NCBI GenBank assembly: GCA_002633005.1
Contig: NMRA01000250.1
Location: 413,524 to 477,523, forward strand
DNA from: Phoronis australis
Lineage: Eukaryota > Animalia > Phoronida
Length of the DNA stretch: 64,000 bases
Reading direction: 5' to 3'
Positions 1 to 14,219 of the stretch are shown here, piece after piece. Position numbers and translations under genes: made by a program. Position 1 is the first letter of the stretch. The number at the start of each line of letters is the position of its first letter. The notes beneath the pieces are model-generated. The model had not been told where the DNA came from. It saw nothing but the letters and a program-made list of their open reading frames with translations, and ran no database searches.

Positions 1-37
<37 letters not shown>
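1..37. repeat. (GT)n microsatellite
   Basis: Direct reading. Confidence 0.98.
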
Positions 38-41
<4 letters not shown>

Positions 42-59
42 GCGCGTGGAAGTCCTTCC

Positions 60-225
60 CCCGCTCCCCTTTCCGGCTACATTTTATTGCCTTATATATC
101 TATTAGTCGCTATTATATTTTTTGTTAAAGCCAGAACTGAGGCACCCAACCTCAGACTGGCTATGTGCTGCTGTCTGGGCAATAAACGTATTTAAAAAAA
201 AAAAAAAAAAACAAAAAAAAAAACA
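60..225 (+). mobile_element. Probable 3' end of a non-LTR retroelement
   Basis: Stem-loop ccag-ctgagg...cctcag-ctgg, then AATAAA and an A-rich tail of about 30 nt. Confidence 0.45.
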
Positions 226-1346
226 AGCAGTGTTACAGACACTTAACGGATGTAACAAAAATTGAAAGATCTCTTAAAAAAGACCAAGCTGATAATGGAT
301 ATAATGTTGAGCCCATTAGAAAATTAAGGAGAGTGTCACTGTCAGTTGCATGTACATTTAACAGTGCTCAAAGAAAAACCTTATATGTCTTGCCACCACA
401 ATGAACCATTTGCCACAAATCAAATTTCGTCACAGGGGAACTTCACTAAGAAAAGAAAAGTTGAAAACCTATCCCAGTTCCAAACATTCAATTGTAAATA
501 CGCCTGCCTATTCTTAATTTGAAAAAGAGTCATTTATGGTAAATAATCTTTAGTTTAGGTCACAGAACAAAAATTATTTTGCTTGATAAATTTATAGTAA
601 TAGTGGTCTCAATCTCCAATGTAGTGGCAGTAGTTTTTACCTACACGTGAGTGATCAGCACAGTGTGACTGCTTTTTATGAACTTCTAAGCCTATTTTGA
701 GATCATTTTATGTAGAATCATGAGCAGTGATTGGTATTTGAGAAATATAAAATGGAAATAATGCCTGTGTTCTATAATTTAATTATCTTGAAAATTCATA
801 TGTTTTGCAGATTTCAGTATCTCACATTTTGAAGATTATTGAATTGGAGTTTTTAGCAAAGGAAAATTTTTACTCTTCCAATTATGTGCTATTTGAAACG
901 GGAAGCATCAAATGAAATTTTAGCTCAACGGTAAAGAAGACGCTTTTCAATTTCAAACAAAAACTATTGCCAACATGGCCATTCCTCTATTTTCCAAAGA
1001 CTGAACTACTGTATTAAGGACAATATAAATGTTTCTATGTTTTAAATTGTTTGAAGGCAGCTGCACAGTGTAATCAATGCTAGTAATGATGTTCATTTCT
1101 CTTAATGCTTATTTTTGCTGAGCACTTAGACAAAATGAAATTTCAGTTGTTGGCCATACCGTGTTCTAAAGTGAAGAGTATTTTGGTTATCTCAGATAAA
1201 TAGGATTACTGTAACAAGGTGTTTAGATGAAACGGTATTCAGGTTGTCAATTTTTTATTTTGGGTAGGGTGCAGGCTTGCAGATATTTTTTAACTTTTTC
1301 TTTGTCATTAAAGTTGGGCTCAAAATTTGTGTTTCCTGGTTAACTC

Positions 1347-1744
1347 ATGGAAGACATTGAACCGTTTGTATGCAAGCTGTATGGCGCGTCATCAACAGTT
1401 AACAAAGCACGCTACCACATATTCAGATTGAAATCTGTGATCTGCCTCCTCATCATGATTGTTTGCTGCTACATGCTAAAAGAGCAAACTACCAGTGTGT
1501 CATTCACAAACGAGCCTTGCAACAACATGTCAGTGCATCATCTCCAGTTGCTAATGGGTGGATTTTGGAGCGAGGTAGTCTGATGCTCCACTGGATGACT
1601 CTGTCTTCAGCCCCAGAAAATGCCATGAAAAATGTTAATGGCAAGTGTAAAAGAAGTGGTTGTATTAAAAAAAAGTGCTCTTGTTTGAAGTCAGGCATGC
1701 CAGGTTCTAAGTTTTGTGACTATGCAGACTGTGTCTCAGTCTAA
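1347..1744 (+). pseudogene. Frameshifted C-terminal remnant of a transposon protein (XPG-like plus Cys-rich CXC finger; Academ-like)
   Basis: Across two frames: FVCKLYG...VNKARYHIF / LPPHHDCLLLHAKRANYQ...SPVANGW...CKRSGCIKKKCSCLKSGMPGSKFCDYADC. A possible element end ...GAATGGACTA lies at 2422. Confidence 0.6.
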
Positions 1745-3129
1745 AAACAACAATAATGATGATATAAATGATGATGGAGGGGATGAAGAAACATAATAAG
1801 TGTATGCTATGTTATTAAAGAACTTTGAATTTTAAACCTAATGGAAACACTGCTCGGTGTGTCGTTCCCTGTGACAGTTGACAGTGAACTGCAATGTGGG
1901 ATAATGTTCATTAATTATGACAATTAGTGAAATTGATGACAGAAAATTTGTTGCATAAGCATTGGAAATGTATGGTGTTTACATGTAGGTTGTGATGTCA
2001 AATCTTTATCAAGTTCCAAATGGTTAACAGTATAGTTCTTTTTGTAGGAGTTCAGAATATAGTAGTATGTTTTCTGGCCAACAAGAGGCGCTGCTAAAAT
2101 TTTACTTTTTCTCTTTTTTGCCTAATGTCATAACATTTATCACTTTCCTTGTTCAATAACTTCAAACGAACAAGACCCAGTCAGATTATCATTCAGTTTT
2201 TGTCTAGTGTTGTTGTTTTTTGAAGATTGGTTTTCTGTGTCAAATTTTGCAAAAAGTCAGATTTTTTAGGTCAAATTTCTCGAAAACGTGCAAGTCAAAC
2301 CTTGGGAACTTTTTAAATTCTTAAAGTATACTACTTAATGACCTTAAAAACACCAAAATTATTTTGCCCCCAAAAGTGGCCACGGAAGTGATTTTCTAGG
2401 CTTTCTAGAGTAGAATGGACTATGGCCTAAAAATGGTAGCTTTGAAACGAAGGTGTGTCAAGAATGTGGCGTTCTGATTGGTCACTTACGCCGTCATTCA
2501 AAGTCCTGGCGACACATGGAACATTTATCAGAACTAACATTAGGCCAGAAAGCAACATTTTAGCTCAGGGATACCCTCATAATTTAAGGAAAAAACTCAA
2601 AGTGAAAGTGTAATCAATTACATAAGGCTGCGGTTTGCCTTAGTTTATCCGCCAATGTTGAATTCTGAACCCAAGGGCTCTGGGGTTTGGAATATTACCA
2701 GTCTAATCCAATCTTGAAATTATGCCGAATGAGCCGCCTGCTCAAGTCCCAGGCAACATGTACATGCGCCATTTTCGAGTTCGCAATTCTATAGGGTTGA
2801 TAGTTTGGATGCTCTTTTGTTGGTAGGCTAATGGAAATAGAATCCTAACACGACAATAAATATTGTAAGATTTTACGAGAGTTAGAGGCCATTTTTGCTT
2901 TCGTATTTTGGCCCTAAACAGGGCGGAAGACTGTTTTACATGTAGTACACTCCTTGGTTTTACTACAGAACGTATTCTTAGGCATCTTTTGACCAAAAAT
3001 TGATAACTATCGTAGGACCATAGAAAAATGGAACATCATATCTCAAAAACGGTTAATTGGATTCTTACGAGACTTTCAGACATTCAAATACTGTGGTTTA
3101 AATCAGAATAGTTCGCGGTAGCAGCCCTT

Positions 3130-3247
3130 CATTAACACAAACTTGTTTGAAGACACGACTGTACTTCTTGTTTGACAACTTAATACAAGCGAGTACAAGC
3201 TGTCAATCAAAAAGCACAGTCGTGTCTTCAACCAAGTTTATATAATG
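3130..3247. repeat. Hairpin / small foldback element
   Basis: AAACTTGTTTGAAGACACGACTGT...ACAGTCGTGTCTTCAACCAAGTTT. Confidence 0.7.
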
Positions 3248-4039
3248 GTTTATGCACTATACAATAAGCTGTTAGGAACTGCCTTTAAAATGTTTCACTT
3301 CTGCACGAGAGGTTATCAAAATGGGATTTTCATGATTTTCACAAAAAATCAAAGTTGTATGAAACAAAAACAAAATAATAATAATACAAGAAAACTGCAG
3401 CAGCATTTTTGAAATTTCATCTTGAACATTCATAGAAAATGAAATTTGGTCATGTCATTGATACCGTTATTTTACTATCAATAAACTTTTCTTTTTTGTT
3501 AAAGTTTACCTAAAAACACGGTCGGGTTGCGAGCTTCAGCGTGTTCAACTCGCGATGCAAACCAGTCCCCGGGCTGGGCTCTGCGAAGTCCCGAGAAAAG
3601 CACCCCGTTTATATATCGGCCACAGTTACCGGTTTCAGAAATGGACCTTTGAAAATTTTTCTACTGAGACCTTTAAAAAATTTTGAAGTCCCGAGAAAAG
3701 CACCGTTTGTCTGCCAATGTCACTGGCTTCAAAAATTGGGCTTTGAAAATTTTGCGCCACCGCAATGCAGTGGCATACCAGCGAGGGGTGGACTCCGCGT
3801 TCGGTAGACGGTAGACGTCCCACTTCCTGTAGTTGACCTCACTGCTAGCAACTATCCATGATGACAGTGAGTGCTTTTTAAACACCTCTCTCCGACAACT
3901 GGGAGACTGTCGTGCTAACGGGCGGTGATTTGTGCATGGAATTTTGCACAGTTTTCTGCGACGAAATGAATTGTTGCCGATGAATTGGTAACGAATTATT
4001 CGTTTGTGCATTTTACCCTGTTGGTATTATGGCTTCATA

Positions 4040-4401
4040 CAGAGACAGATCCAGGATTTTGAGTTGGGGGGTGGGGGTNNNNNNNNNNNNNNNNNNNNNN
4101 NNNNNNNNNNNNNNNNNNNNNNNNNNNNNNNNNNNNNNNNNNNNNNNNNNNNNNNNNNNNNNNNNNNNNNNNNNNNNNNNNNNNNNNNNNNNNNNNNNNN
4201 NNNNNNNNNNNNNNNNNNNNNNNNNNNNNNNNNNNNNNNNNNNNNNNNNNNNNNNNNNNNNNNNNNNNGGCAGGGTAGAGTATTAGTCAGGGTTTTGAGT
4301 GGGGGGGGGCAGGGCAGAGTATTAGCCAGGATTTTGACCGTCAGCCATTCGCATTTTAGGTGGGTCATGGCCCCCTTGGCCCTCCTCTAAATCTGCCACT
4401 G
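4040..4401. mobile_element. G-tract MITE with 5-bp TSD (spans an N gap)
   Basis: CAG...CTG termini and TSD TCATA; related to 32870-32955. Confidence 0.75.
4079..4268. other. Assembly gap
   Basis: N run between G tracts. A further gap lies at 17384-17407, with single Ns next to several repeats. Confidence 0.99.
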
Positions 4402-6386
4402 TCATACGCGACGACTTAGATCGAGCTAGCCCAGAGGAAATTACTAAAAACAGTCATGGCAGCATTTTTAGAAAATAATTGAGAGAAATTGGACATTTTG
4501 AAGATCAAACACATGAAAAATGGTTCACTTTTTCTAACAGAGAATATTATTAGTTCTTCGTTAAACAGTAAACTGTAAGTGAACTTTGGGAAAGACACAT
4601 GCGACAGACCTGATAGCGGGAGTTTCTTGACGAACTGAGTGAGAAACTAATAGGGTCCTGCTTCACTAAAATGTCGTAAAAACTAAACGGAGATGAACGA
4701 TCAGTTGTGAGATTTGGTGCAAGTTTGTAACGCTGCGACATTTTAGGGAAGCAGATTCTATCTTACCACTTAACACGAATTTCTTTGAGTCCACGTAATT
4801 CGCTCTTGTGAATTGACCATTGTCTTCGATCTGCATGGTGCATCTGTTAAGCAAATCAAATTGACTCAGTTTTACTTGAACAATCCAATTTCGTTAGGCC
4901 TAGAAAGATGTTGAACGCGAGGGCGAGAGTGATTGCGAACAGAACACCAGTGAGTTGAAGGTGGGTATGACAGAGAAAGTAAACCGATGTACCATCATCG
5001 CGTAATATCACACCGTCTCTCTGATTCTGCTGTTACCCACGAAGCTGCGTTTCAATGGGGCTCTTGCTCCGACTGGCCAAAGATAGCTCTGGAATGACAA
5101 CTACGACTCTCGCGCTGCTGAGGTTGCGCCGCGCATGTGCTGCATTTGCTTGCATTCGTTTCTTCCAATGTTGATTATTCCCGTGGAATTTACTGTCAGT
5201 AAAGCTTTTCGCAACTCCGCCGCTTTTTAACCGAATTCAGTACCCTTCGTCAGTTCGTGAGAGTGTTTGATAATAGTGGAAGCAAACGATGCACAATTTA
5301 ATTCATAAATAATCGTCATGTCGCATACCTGACAGGTTTAAAAATATTCTTGCTACCAAAATGCGAAAAATTACATGGTGTAATATTAGCGTAAAAAAGA
5401 AATGAACCAGTGAGGTTATATAAGTGACTAATTCAACTAGCGGGGAAATAATTCGATCATTCGAAAAATTTCTCCCGTAAAAAAACAAAGATTTTGGATT
5501 ATGGATCTCTCACAGTTACTGTGAAGAATTTAGTCTGGCATTCATCCAAAATTATACATCTTTATATTTTAATTGGACCTTTGGTGCCGTTTGATAAGGT
5601 TCTTCAATAAAAATTCAGGATGAAGTGACATTTACAAAAATGTGATGAACTAATTCAACTACCTGTCTGAAATTTGCTGATAAAGGTTTTCTGATAGGTA
5701 AAACTGAGCAAACCTCTAATGTGTATTGAGGATAGATCGCTACAGAGGCTTTCCATAGTCTTTGCTAAAACGCAAGGGGGAAATTTTCGTCGCAAAATAC
5801 GAAAACTTCCCAACAGCCTTTTTTGGCGAACGGGAGACGTTACACCCAAAAGCGCCTCAAAAACCCACAAAACGTCCCGTTTTTTGTTTTTAGCCGAATA
5901 AGAAAATAGTGCTGTTTTATAATTATCTGACCAGCTTTTAAATGCATGATACACAAACTTACAAAACGACCAGACCTTAGCATGTTGCAATACCTACATT
6001 TTCAAATTACGCGCCGAGCATATCAGTCTGGTTATTTGCGTTCTAAGTGCAATACAATCAATCATATCTAAGCGATCTTCGTAGTATGTATGTGATCCAA
6101 TTTTCCTATACGTTTCGAGTTTCGACGACATATTTAGGAGATCAAACCATTGTTGCAATGCTGATCGACATCTTTGCACTGCTGTTTAAATAAATGCAAG
6201 AAATGAGATTGCTCTCCCACAAAATTGTTAAATGAAGCTTCGCCATTGCCAAACGAGAACAAAAAGTTTTATTGACATCTTTCGCCCAACATGACTTGTT
6301 ACCATTCTGTGTCCATTTGTAATGAAAGGCATAACAATGATAAGCAAATTTTTCAATCTTCAAATTTCAACAGCTTTAGCCAATGT

Positions 6387-7135
6387 TTTATAATTCTAGG
6401 AAGCCTATAGGACGTCAGGGAATACCTTATAATTCTAGGAAGCCTATAGGACGTCAGGGAATACCTTATAATTCTAGGAAGCCTATAGGACGTCAGGATA
6501 TACCTTATAATTCTAGGAAGCCTGTAGGACGTCAGGGAATACCTTATAATTCTAGGAAGCCTATAGGACGTCAGGGAATACTTTATAATTCTAGGAAGCC
6601 TATAGGACGTCAGGGAATACCTTATAATTCTAGGAAGCCTATAGGACGTCAGGGAATACCTTATAATTCTAGGAAGCCTATAGGACGTCAGGGAATACCT
6701 TATAATTCTAGGAAGCCTATAGGACGTCAGGGAATACCTTATAATTCTAGGAAGCCTATAGGACGTCAGGGAATACCTTATAATTCTAGGAAGCCTGTAG
6801 GACGTCAGGGAATACCTTATAATTCTAGGAAGCCTATAGGACGTCAGGGAATACTTTATAATTCTAGGAAGCCTATAGGACGTCAGGGAATACCTTATAA
6901 TTCTAGGAAGCCTATAGGACGTCAGGGAATACCTTATAATTCTAGGAAGCCTATAGGACGTCAGGGAATACCTTATAATTCTAGGAAGCCTATAGGACGT
7001 CAGGGAATACCTTATAATTCTAGGAAGCCTATAGGACGTCAGGGAATACCTTATAATTCTAGGAAGCCTATAGGACGTCAGGGAATACCTTATAATTCTA
7101 GGAAGCCTATAGGACGTCAGGGAATACCTTATAAN
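6387..7135. repeat. 39-bp minisatellite, 19 copies, ending at an N
   Basis: Unit TTATAATTCTAGGAAGCCTATAGGACGTCAGGGAATACC; nearly perfect copies with no spacers. Confidence 0.98.
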
Positions 7136-8258
7136 TGTGATGGAATGGCGGGAAAAATTCAGAAAGTGGGATATTCCACTAAGAGCGGGACAACTGACAA
7201 GTATAATGTCCGCTGTTAGCAAGACAAGGTACTGGAATGGGTTTTAAAAGGTAAACTTTCATTTTTTAAAATTTTGTTTCAGGGGTATAGATTAATACTA
7301 CAGATAAGATTTACTTTCCAATTAGCTACGTTTCATCATTTTCAAATGACTTGAATACGAAATTGTGCACGCATGTCAGGGGCAAAAATGTATTTGAAAC
7401 AGAGTTTGCAAGGAGGTACCTTAAAAATTCGCTTTGAAGAAACCTGCTCAAAATCTTCAATTGCGCGACTGCTGTTACCACTCCAGAGTCACTGTCATAT
7501 ACAATCCTAGTGTCCAATAAGAGTTCCCTGGTTCGTTGTCCTACTTTCTGGAATTTCACACGGACCATGTCTTTCACTGTAATACGTAAGGCTTTGATAA
7601 ATCGAACTGCAAATTATTGGTGTTTGCTTGCAGTGATCGAGATTCAGCAAATAAATGTGCTTTATCGGCGAGCCAGTAACTTGAACATGATACCACATCC
7701 ACATGGGTCCATATGTGAAAGTTAACTGGCCCGGATGCAAATCCATTGGCCCCGGGCCTGCGTGTATTTCGAACGCTGTTTGCTTGTATTATCACAATGG
7801 TCACCGTTTCGACATATTACAAGTTACGCAATACTAGTGCAGTCTTCACTCATACTTCACAAATTGTCTTTCTCGGCAAGAGGATAGGAAACCGGTAACG
7901 TGGTTTACACACCGAATCATAATGTCAATAGGACTGAGGGAGGGGGGGGGGCTACAGTACTTCACTGGAAATTAAAATTTACACGTTCTCTTTAGAAATG
8001 GTAACTTATAAGCCCAAGTTATGGTTGGGTAGCAATTGTTACAGGTCATTGAAATAAATGATCATTGATTGATTGATGGATGATACTAGTTCGACACAAT
8101 CGCATTCATATTCTAAAAAGATACTGTTTTTTGTTGCTCAATTGTTAACCCACTTCCGAAGTGAGTTCTTTATTCGGTTTTGCGTGGAAATGGACTCTCT
8201 CATCCAACGAATCCACACGCTGAGCGGCGTAACAAAGACCGAAATCGTTCTGGCGAAA

Positions 8259-8468
8259 CTAATACAGACGACTTGCTAATGAGCATTTTTTCAGAAACAC
8301 TACAAGAAAGATGTCATCTGCATAGAGAAATATTTTTGCATTTTGGGTGTGTAGAAGGTCACCTATGTATGTAAGAACGAGAAGGTGGCCGAGCGTACCT
8401 TGAGGCGTGTTTCCGTACTCCGGTTGGCTACCTAAAATCAAATAATAAACCAGGTTACCAGCGCACAA
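8259..8468 (-). pseudogene. Decayed LINE (CR1/L2-like) reverse transcriptase fragment
   Basis: GNTPQGTLGHLLVLTYIGDL...KIFLYADDIFLV resembles the non-LTR RT consensus GVPQGS.LGP.LF.IYINDL...LYADD. The flanks are degenerate. Confidence 0.7.
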
Positions 8469-11400
8469 ATAGTTCTATACCATGAAGGCAAATTAAGGAC
8501 TCCATCCCTACAGTGACCATACACGATACTGACAAGTAAATAGAGGCTACAAGGCTGTCAGTTTCTACAGGGTTGGAAAACAACAAAACTGGTGTGCAAT
8601 TGATGTCAGTCCAATTCAATGAAACCATTTCCACAATAAGCTGGTATTCCTCTAATTAACCTTCTTAAAGACATGTGAAAGTTAAACCCTCTTCGAAAGC
8701 AGCGCAAAACAAAATTTGCTTTATTCATCTTGCTCTAGGCTATGTCAAGGCGATGCTCTTGATTCAGCAAATTGGAATTGTTAGCCTTTTTACAACACAT
8801 AAGGCTACTTGTACGTTGTTTAGAAAAGCCAGTTCTTACACTTTTCGGCCATGATTTCTTCTACAAAATTATTTTTGTTGTGAATGCGGGCCACATTATG
8901 GGTGAGATATTTTCAGCGTGGCGCTTACCATACCACGATGTCGTTTTGCGTTGTGGAGATTACCTTTCCGCAATAAGATACGCCCGACAAGAGCGCTACA
9001 TCGAATCTCGTACAATCCCCCATAATGCAACACTTTGCCGTTGACGCCCGTAAGGTTCATGCGGGTCGGTATCACTGCAATTTATCAATACCACCTTTAG
9101 TAGCCACCTGTTTCAACTGGTTATGAAACAACCGCAAAGTAACAATCATTACCAAAAGTAGCAACGGAGGAGTGGTCATTGCTGATTAACATTTCAGCAT
9201 TGTTGCTTCTGTAGAATGATAGCACCCAAAAGCACTGTACTGCGAGTTTATGCGTGCACCCTATTCGACAATTTCCTTGTTATGCTCGAATCGTACTTAT
9301 ACGCGATTATTTATGCATAAATGGGAACCCGAGTGATGTCCTCCTCTAAGCAAAGAGAACTTGGCAAATACATGGTATCAAGATAATGGAGCGTGTGCTG
9401 CTACATGCGTGAACTTGGATTCCTGCTTGATCTCAAGATCGCGTATGCGTGAATATTCAATATGTCAATCGAGTGAAATGTTTTGTTCATTCTAAAGATT
9501 TTGTGCAGTTATTGGCCTCACGATCATCCACTGTCTCCTTAACTGTGTCACAGAATCGGAGGAATATGTGAATGCTTAATCATCTTTGTTTGGTAAATAA
9601 AATCGCCAACAGTTAAAATTTACATTGTTTATGAACATATAATTTGCTTTAGTGCTGTACAAGTTGTTATGAACGCGAACACGATTATTTGAGTTACATG
9701 GTGTATTCCAAGTTCACGCTTAGTACTTGATCTTGGGATTTAACAGGATTTAAAGATCACACACAGCAGTGAAACTTAACACATCTATGGTCATTTTGCC
9801 AGGTTACAAAATCCTGCTCAAGTCGGCTTACTTATGCCTTTAAACGACCTAAAATGATTGAAATCGTTGAAATTTTAATCGACCTGTCCGAAATTTATGA
9901 CAGACCGAGCTCAAATTACAAATTAAAGCGAAAAAGGTTAGTCCCTACTCAGGACGCATGAGAAACTGAACAGCAGCGAGCGTGTACCCAGACAACAGGA
10001 AATCATAAGCGCCGTCTTATGAAAAAGAAAATATTGTCGAAGCAAACTCACGAAATTTGTATTTGCGAAGATCATTAATGGTGTTGACGGTTGCTGTCTC
10101 TCCTGTGACAAGATTTCCAAAGTTATTCGTCTTAGTAACTTTCCATCTTGTGTTGAAAAAATAACTAAATTTAGATATTATTTTCCATGACGCCTTTGCT
10201 TCCCGTCCACCAGACATGGTTCCTTGCATTACCTGACCGCCGCCTCCTTTCACCTGCTGGTTAGCTTCACATCTACAAATGATGAATTTATTAAGTGTAG
10301 TTAAAAGTAGATGAGAGTTATTGCAAATGGTTCGTAATTCGCTTTACAAATGTGAGATCCCGCTAGGCTAAAATTATCAGTCCTAGACAACACGCCTTTG
10401 GATCTTGGAGTTTTTAATTCAAAGTTATGCATTGTTTATTCGGAGTTCTGTATCGATTTACGCACATCTGGAACCATGCTCACAATAATGCAAACGTCCT
10501 CACAGGGTATCAAGTTTGATGACCATAATCAGACATTTTATTTAGTTTCCGAATATATAACTAAACGACATAGCAAAAGTCAAAGAAATCAAGTTCTGCT
10601 TCATTGCGGATCTTTGGTGACAAAAGTAGGATTGATCAATTCATTGGGAGTCACCGTTAAAATATATCTTGGGAAACTCCCGTGTAATACAGTTATGACA
10701 TGTAATCCCAAAGTGATTATATTCCGAAAAATCATAATGGAAAAGAATTGAGCAAATACAGAAGGGTCGTCTCAATTCATGAAGTTGGGGGACCGTCAGT
10801 CTATAAAATTTTCAATTTCAAAATTGTCTCGATTTTAATAAATGACTATCCTTAATTTTGAGGCTATATATTTTTCACCGATAAGATGCTTAAGGTTCAA
10901 ACTCTGGCTACCAAATTTAATGATCTATGCTTCATCATCAGTTAATGGAAAAATTGGGACGCAGGGTGGAACTGCGACGACTAGTTTTTAAATTACTCAT
11001 TACATGGTCTTAGCTCCGGGCTCTAACACGTATCTTCCTGAAACGTGGTACACTGTGCATGGACTGACATCGTCAAGAGCTGCAATTGACGAGTTGCATT
11101 TTTTCGCTACTTGTTACCGTTCTACAGACGCTTGAATAAACTCATTATTCAGCCAGTCCAGACGGATCATTTCTATATCTTTTGTCTTAGTTATGGAACG
11201 AGTCTATTCAGGGGAAGATAGCTGGGCGCGGACTGTATTCCTTATCAGTGAAGCAGGTGAAGTCAATTTAATTTTTGCGTTTGTAAACCCAGTAATAGTG
11301 AAACGACTTTTATGATTCGAACATAGATTTCGTTTACATTTTACATTTAATTAATTCTTGAAAGTGTGCAATTTTTCAAAAAATAGCTTTTGTATTTTGA

Positions 11401-11564
11401 TAGGCAGAGTTTATTACATTTTATGATCCTGCGTACGATTAACTCTGTGTCCACGGACACAGTTCGAAAGATTACCACTGACCAAAATTAAGTACAGACT
11501 CCTACGGCTTAGCCTTGTGCAAAATAGTGGCCGGGAAATCTGCCCTCTCCTGCACAAGAGCAAG

Positions 11565-11725
11565 CATAGGCGGATCCAGGGGGTTATCAAGGGGGTCCAG
11601 ACCACCCTTTTCCCCTGTTTGTAGTGATGCTAAATCTAGAATTTTCAAATTGTTGACTTAGACTTCCCTATTTAAAAATCCTTGATCCGACCACCCTTTT
11701 TAAAAAAATCATGGATCCACCCATG
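11565..11725. mobile_element. MITE of the same general type
   Basis: CATAGGCGGATCCA / TGGATCCACCCATG inverted termini; no TSD recognised. Confidence 0.55.
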
Positions 11726-12599
11726 GTTGGCATAGAAGTCAGTGCAAATGACATATTCACATAATAACCGTTATTTTTTAGATTGATAATCTCGCTTTTT
11801 GTCAGCTAACTCCTGTTGTAAACCTGTTATTCGTTATCGTAATCATGTTCATGATGACAGTGACGTCGGTGAGGCTGATGATGTTATCGCCATAGTTTCG
11901 GCAATGTCAACATATTCTGTTAAGGACTATCTGCACTAAGTCATCAGTTTCTCGCTACGACTTGACGTTCTCGATTTATTCGAGACTTTCCAATAAGCTC
12001 TGTTATTGATTGCTGTCCCTTGCCTTAGTTCCAATGACGGTCGTTTGGAGACCTTTTGAAATTGGGCATGAGAATTAACTTTGTCAAGAAATCGGGTTTA
12101 CGCTTTAATTTCTAATTATTCAAGATTTTCTGACGCCTGTTCTTTGTTCCTTGTCTAGTGACAGGAAATTTGCAAAGAATATGTAAATTTTCATTACCTC
12201 AAAAATTGGATGCGCTTTGTCAAAATCGAACGCAAGGTAGCCTTGTGACGGCGTTTTGTTAAATTTTCATTTACAGATCTACATCTTTTTAATCCTTAAG
12301 CCGATATTTTCGAAATTTGGTGTGAATAGATCTCATGAAGATATATTGAAGTTTCATCGTCACTTTGTTGCCACGACATCTCGAGTTATTTGAAATTTTC
12401 TGATAACTAAGGCCCGACGCTCTATTTGTTTCCGAGCTTAACAACTCATCGTCTCAAGAATTATTGTATTTGACATTTCTGGTGGCATTTTTGGAGTTGT
12501 TGACATTGTCAGCATCGATGAGGCGGTCTCTGAGGTCATTTACATTGCCGCCGATGTTCGTGGTGGGCGTTTAGTTGTCTATGGTGTCGTTGCCTTTGT

Positions 12600-13760
12600 C
12601 TTAGCAATTTAGTTTAGCTCATCGTCTATGTTTCCTCTATAAGGGCGAGGAAATGAAGACATTGGGTGGACACAGGTCAACGCCTGACCTTTGCTTTCGG
12701 GTTCAACCTGTGTCATTGCGTTTCCTTCCAAAGTATTCAAGTACTCAAGTATGGTTTTATCGCATTCACAAAGAACACTTTACAAGCGCCCTCAGTTGGT
12801 CACACCTAAAACATGTCCATTGCAGTTAAAGTGCACTGGCTTAAACGAGAAAGAAAAACGTGCAGTAACATGTCATTTGTGTCACAATAGCAAAGTTATT
12901 GGTTACATCTGGAACGTATAACAATGCCACGAAAACATGAGAAAAATTATCTGCTCTTTTACTGGTATGCAGACCATTTACTTTAAAACTATTGCGAATA
13001 GTTAAATATTCGCGCCAAGAAAGTTTCTTTGATGGGTAACAGTGAGACAGCGTTACCACTTCTGAGCTCTGTGGTTGTCTTGTCTGTCATTGAGGATCGA
13101 GGCAGATCAACCACAACAGGTATCGATTTACCTGGACAGTGCAAGATCTCCAAATCTGAACGCGTTGGAGTAGGTTTTGAGACGCCTTGGTGTACTAAAA
13201 TTAGAAAGTGGTATGCATTTGCGAGCAAATGGTTGGCGAACGCGAACGGCTTTCCATACTGCATCAGTCATGAGTCAATTCCGTAGTCATTAGTTTCGCT
13301 TTCGAAGGTCAGATCTCTGCTTTTATCCGGCGTTCAAGCCAAGTGCTGGAGCCTCCAAAATCCGCTTTTTGGCTTCGTTACAAATTCTTACGCTTCAGAC
13401 GAAGTCCATGGGGGTATCTTTCTTCCATGGATTTCGTAAGGGAGCACTTACAGTTGTTCTGTCTGTTGGGTATGTAATTTTCCCACTAATAGTTGGCCAT
13501 CCCATAAAGCGTCAAACCTCCACTATATTCTGAGGAAATGTCATTGTCATTAGTGCTCTGACCTTTTCAGAGTCAAGACGCATATCAGGAACGCAAAAGA
13601 TGAAGGATATTTTAGTTTTGCGAGCAAACTTCAACTTGTTGAGTTAGAGGCGCTTGTGCCGACAGCGTAGATGCAAATTATGTAGGTTGGCATAATCTTC
13701 TGATTCTTCGCGGCCAAATATAACAGCACCATACAAGGCCGGGGACGGCTTTTGCAATCT
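12600..13760 (-). pseudogene. Highly decayed Gypsy-like pol remnant
   Basis: Fragments with stops and frameshifts: LNKLKF...MRLDSEKVRALMTMTFPQNIVEV*RFMG (RT C-terminus) and MQYGKPFAFAN (RNase H). Boundaries are approximate. Confidence 0.5.
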
Positions 13761-14219
13761 TCTTACCAAAGATCTCAGCCCATACAGATAGACCAACAGG
13801 CTGGCGATTCTACTGGTATTGATGACTAAAACAAGACTGCAACATAGTCAGGTTTCGAGAGGGCTCATGTAGTTGTATATGCCAAAGACACACAAGCCAA
13901 CTCTAGTGAAAACCGTTGACTCTGAAAGTAGGTACATAGTTCAATATCATTTGTTGTACATTTTAGGCATTGCTTACGCAAACATAAATACTGAATTCAA
14001 ATGTATATTCAGAGTATTTACACAGAGAGCAGTCCATCTCTTAAAACCTTAGCCTTCTGAATATACAATGGGAGGCGCTGGATAATGTCATGATTTTTGA
14101 CAGAGTGGCTTTGATAACGCTCATTGCTTTTCGATCTTGGCTTGCAAGTACTCTACAACGAATAGTCTACATAAGAGACGAATTTTCAAAATATAATTGT
14201 GTTTAGGTAAAAAATAAGA

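Noticed and set aside
4004-4390. ORFs spanning N gaps or microsatellites (also 1-195, 17240-17501, 22405-22758, 24874-25068)
   Set aside because: They are artefacts of gaps and low-complexity sequence.
6353-7222. 278-aa and 289-aa ORFs, or a CRISPR array
   Set aside because: These are translations of a 39-bp tandem repeat whose unit is divisible by 3. There are no unique spacers or cas genes, and the context is eukaryotic.
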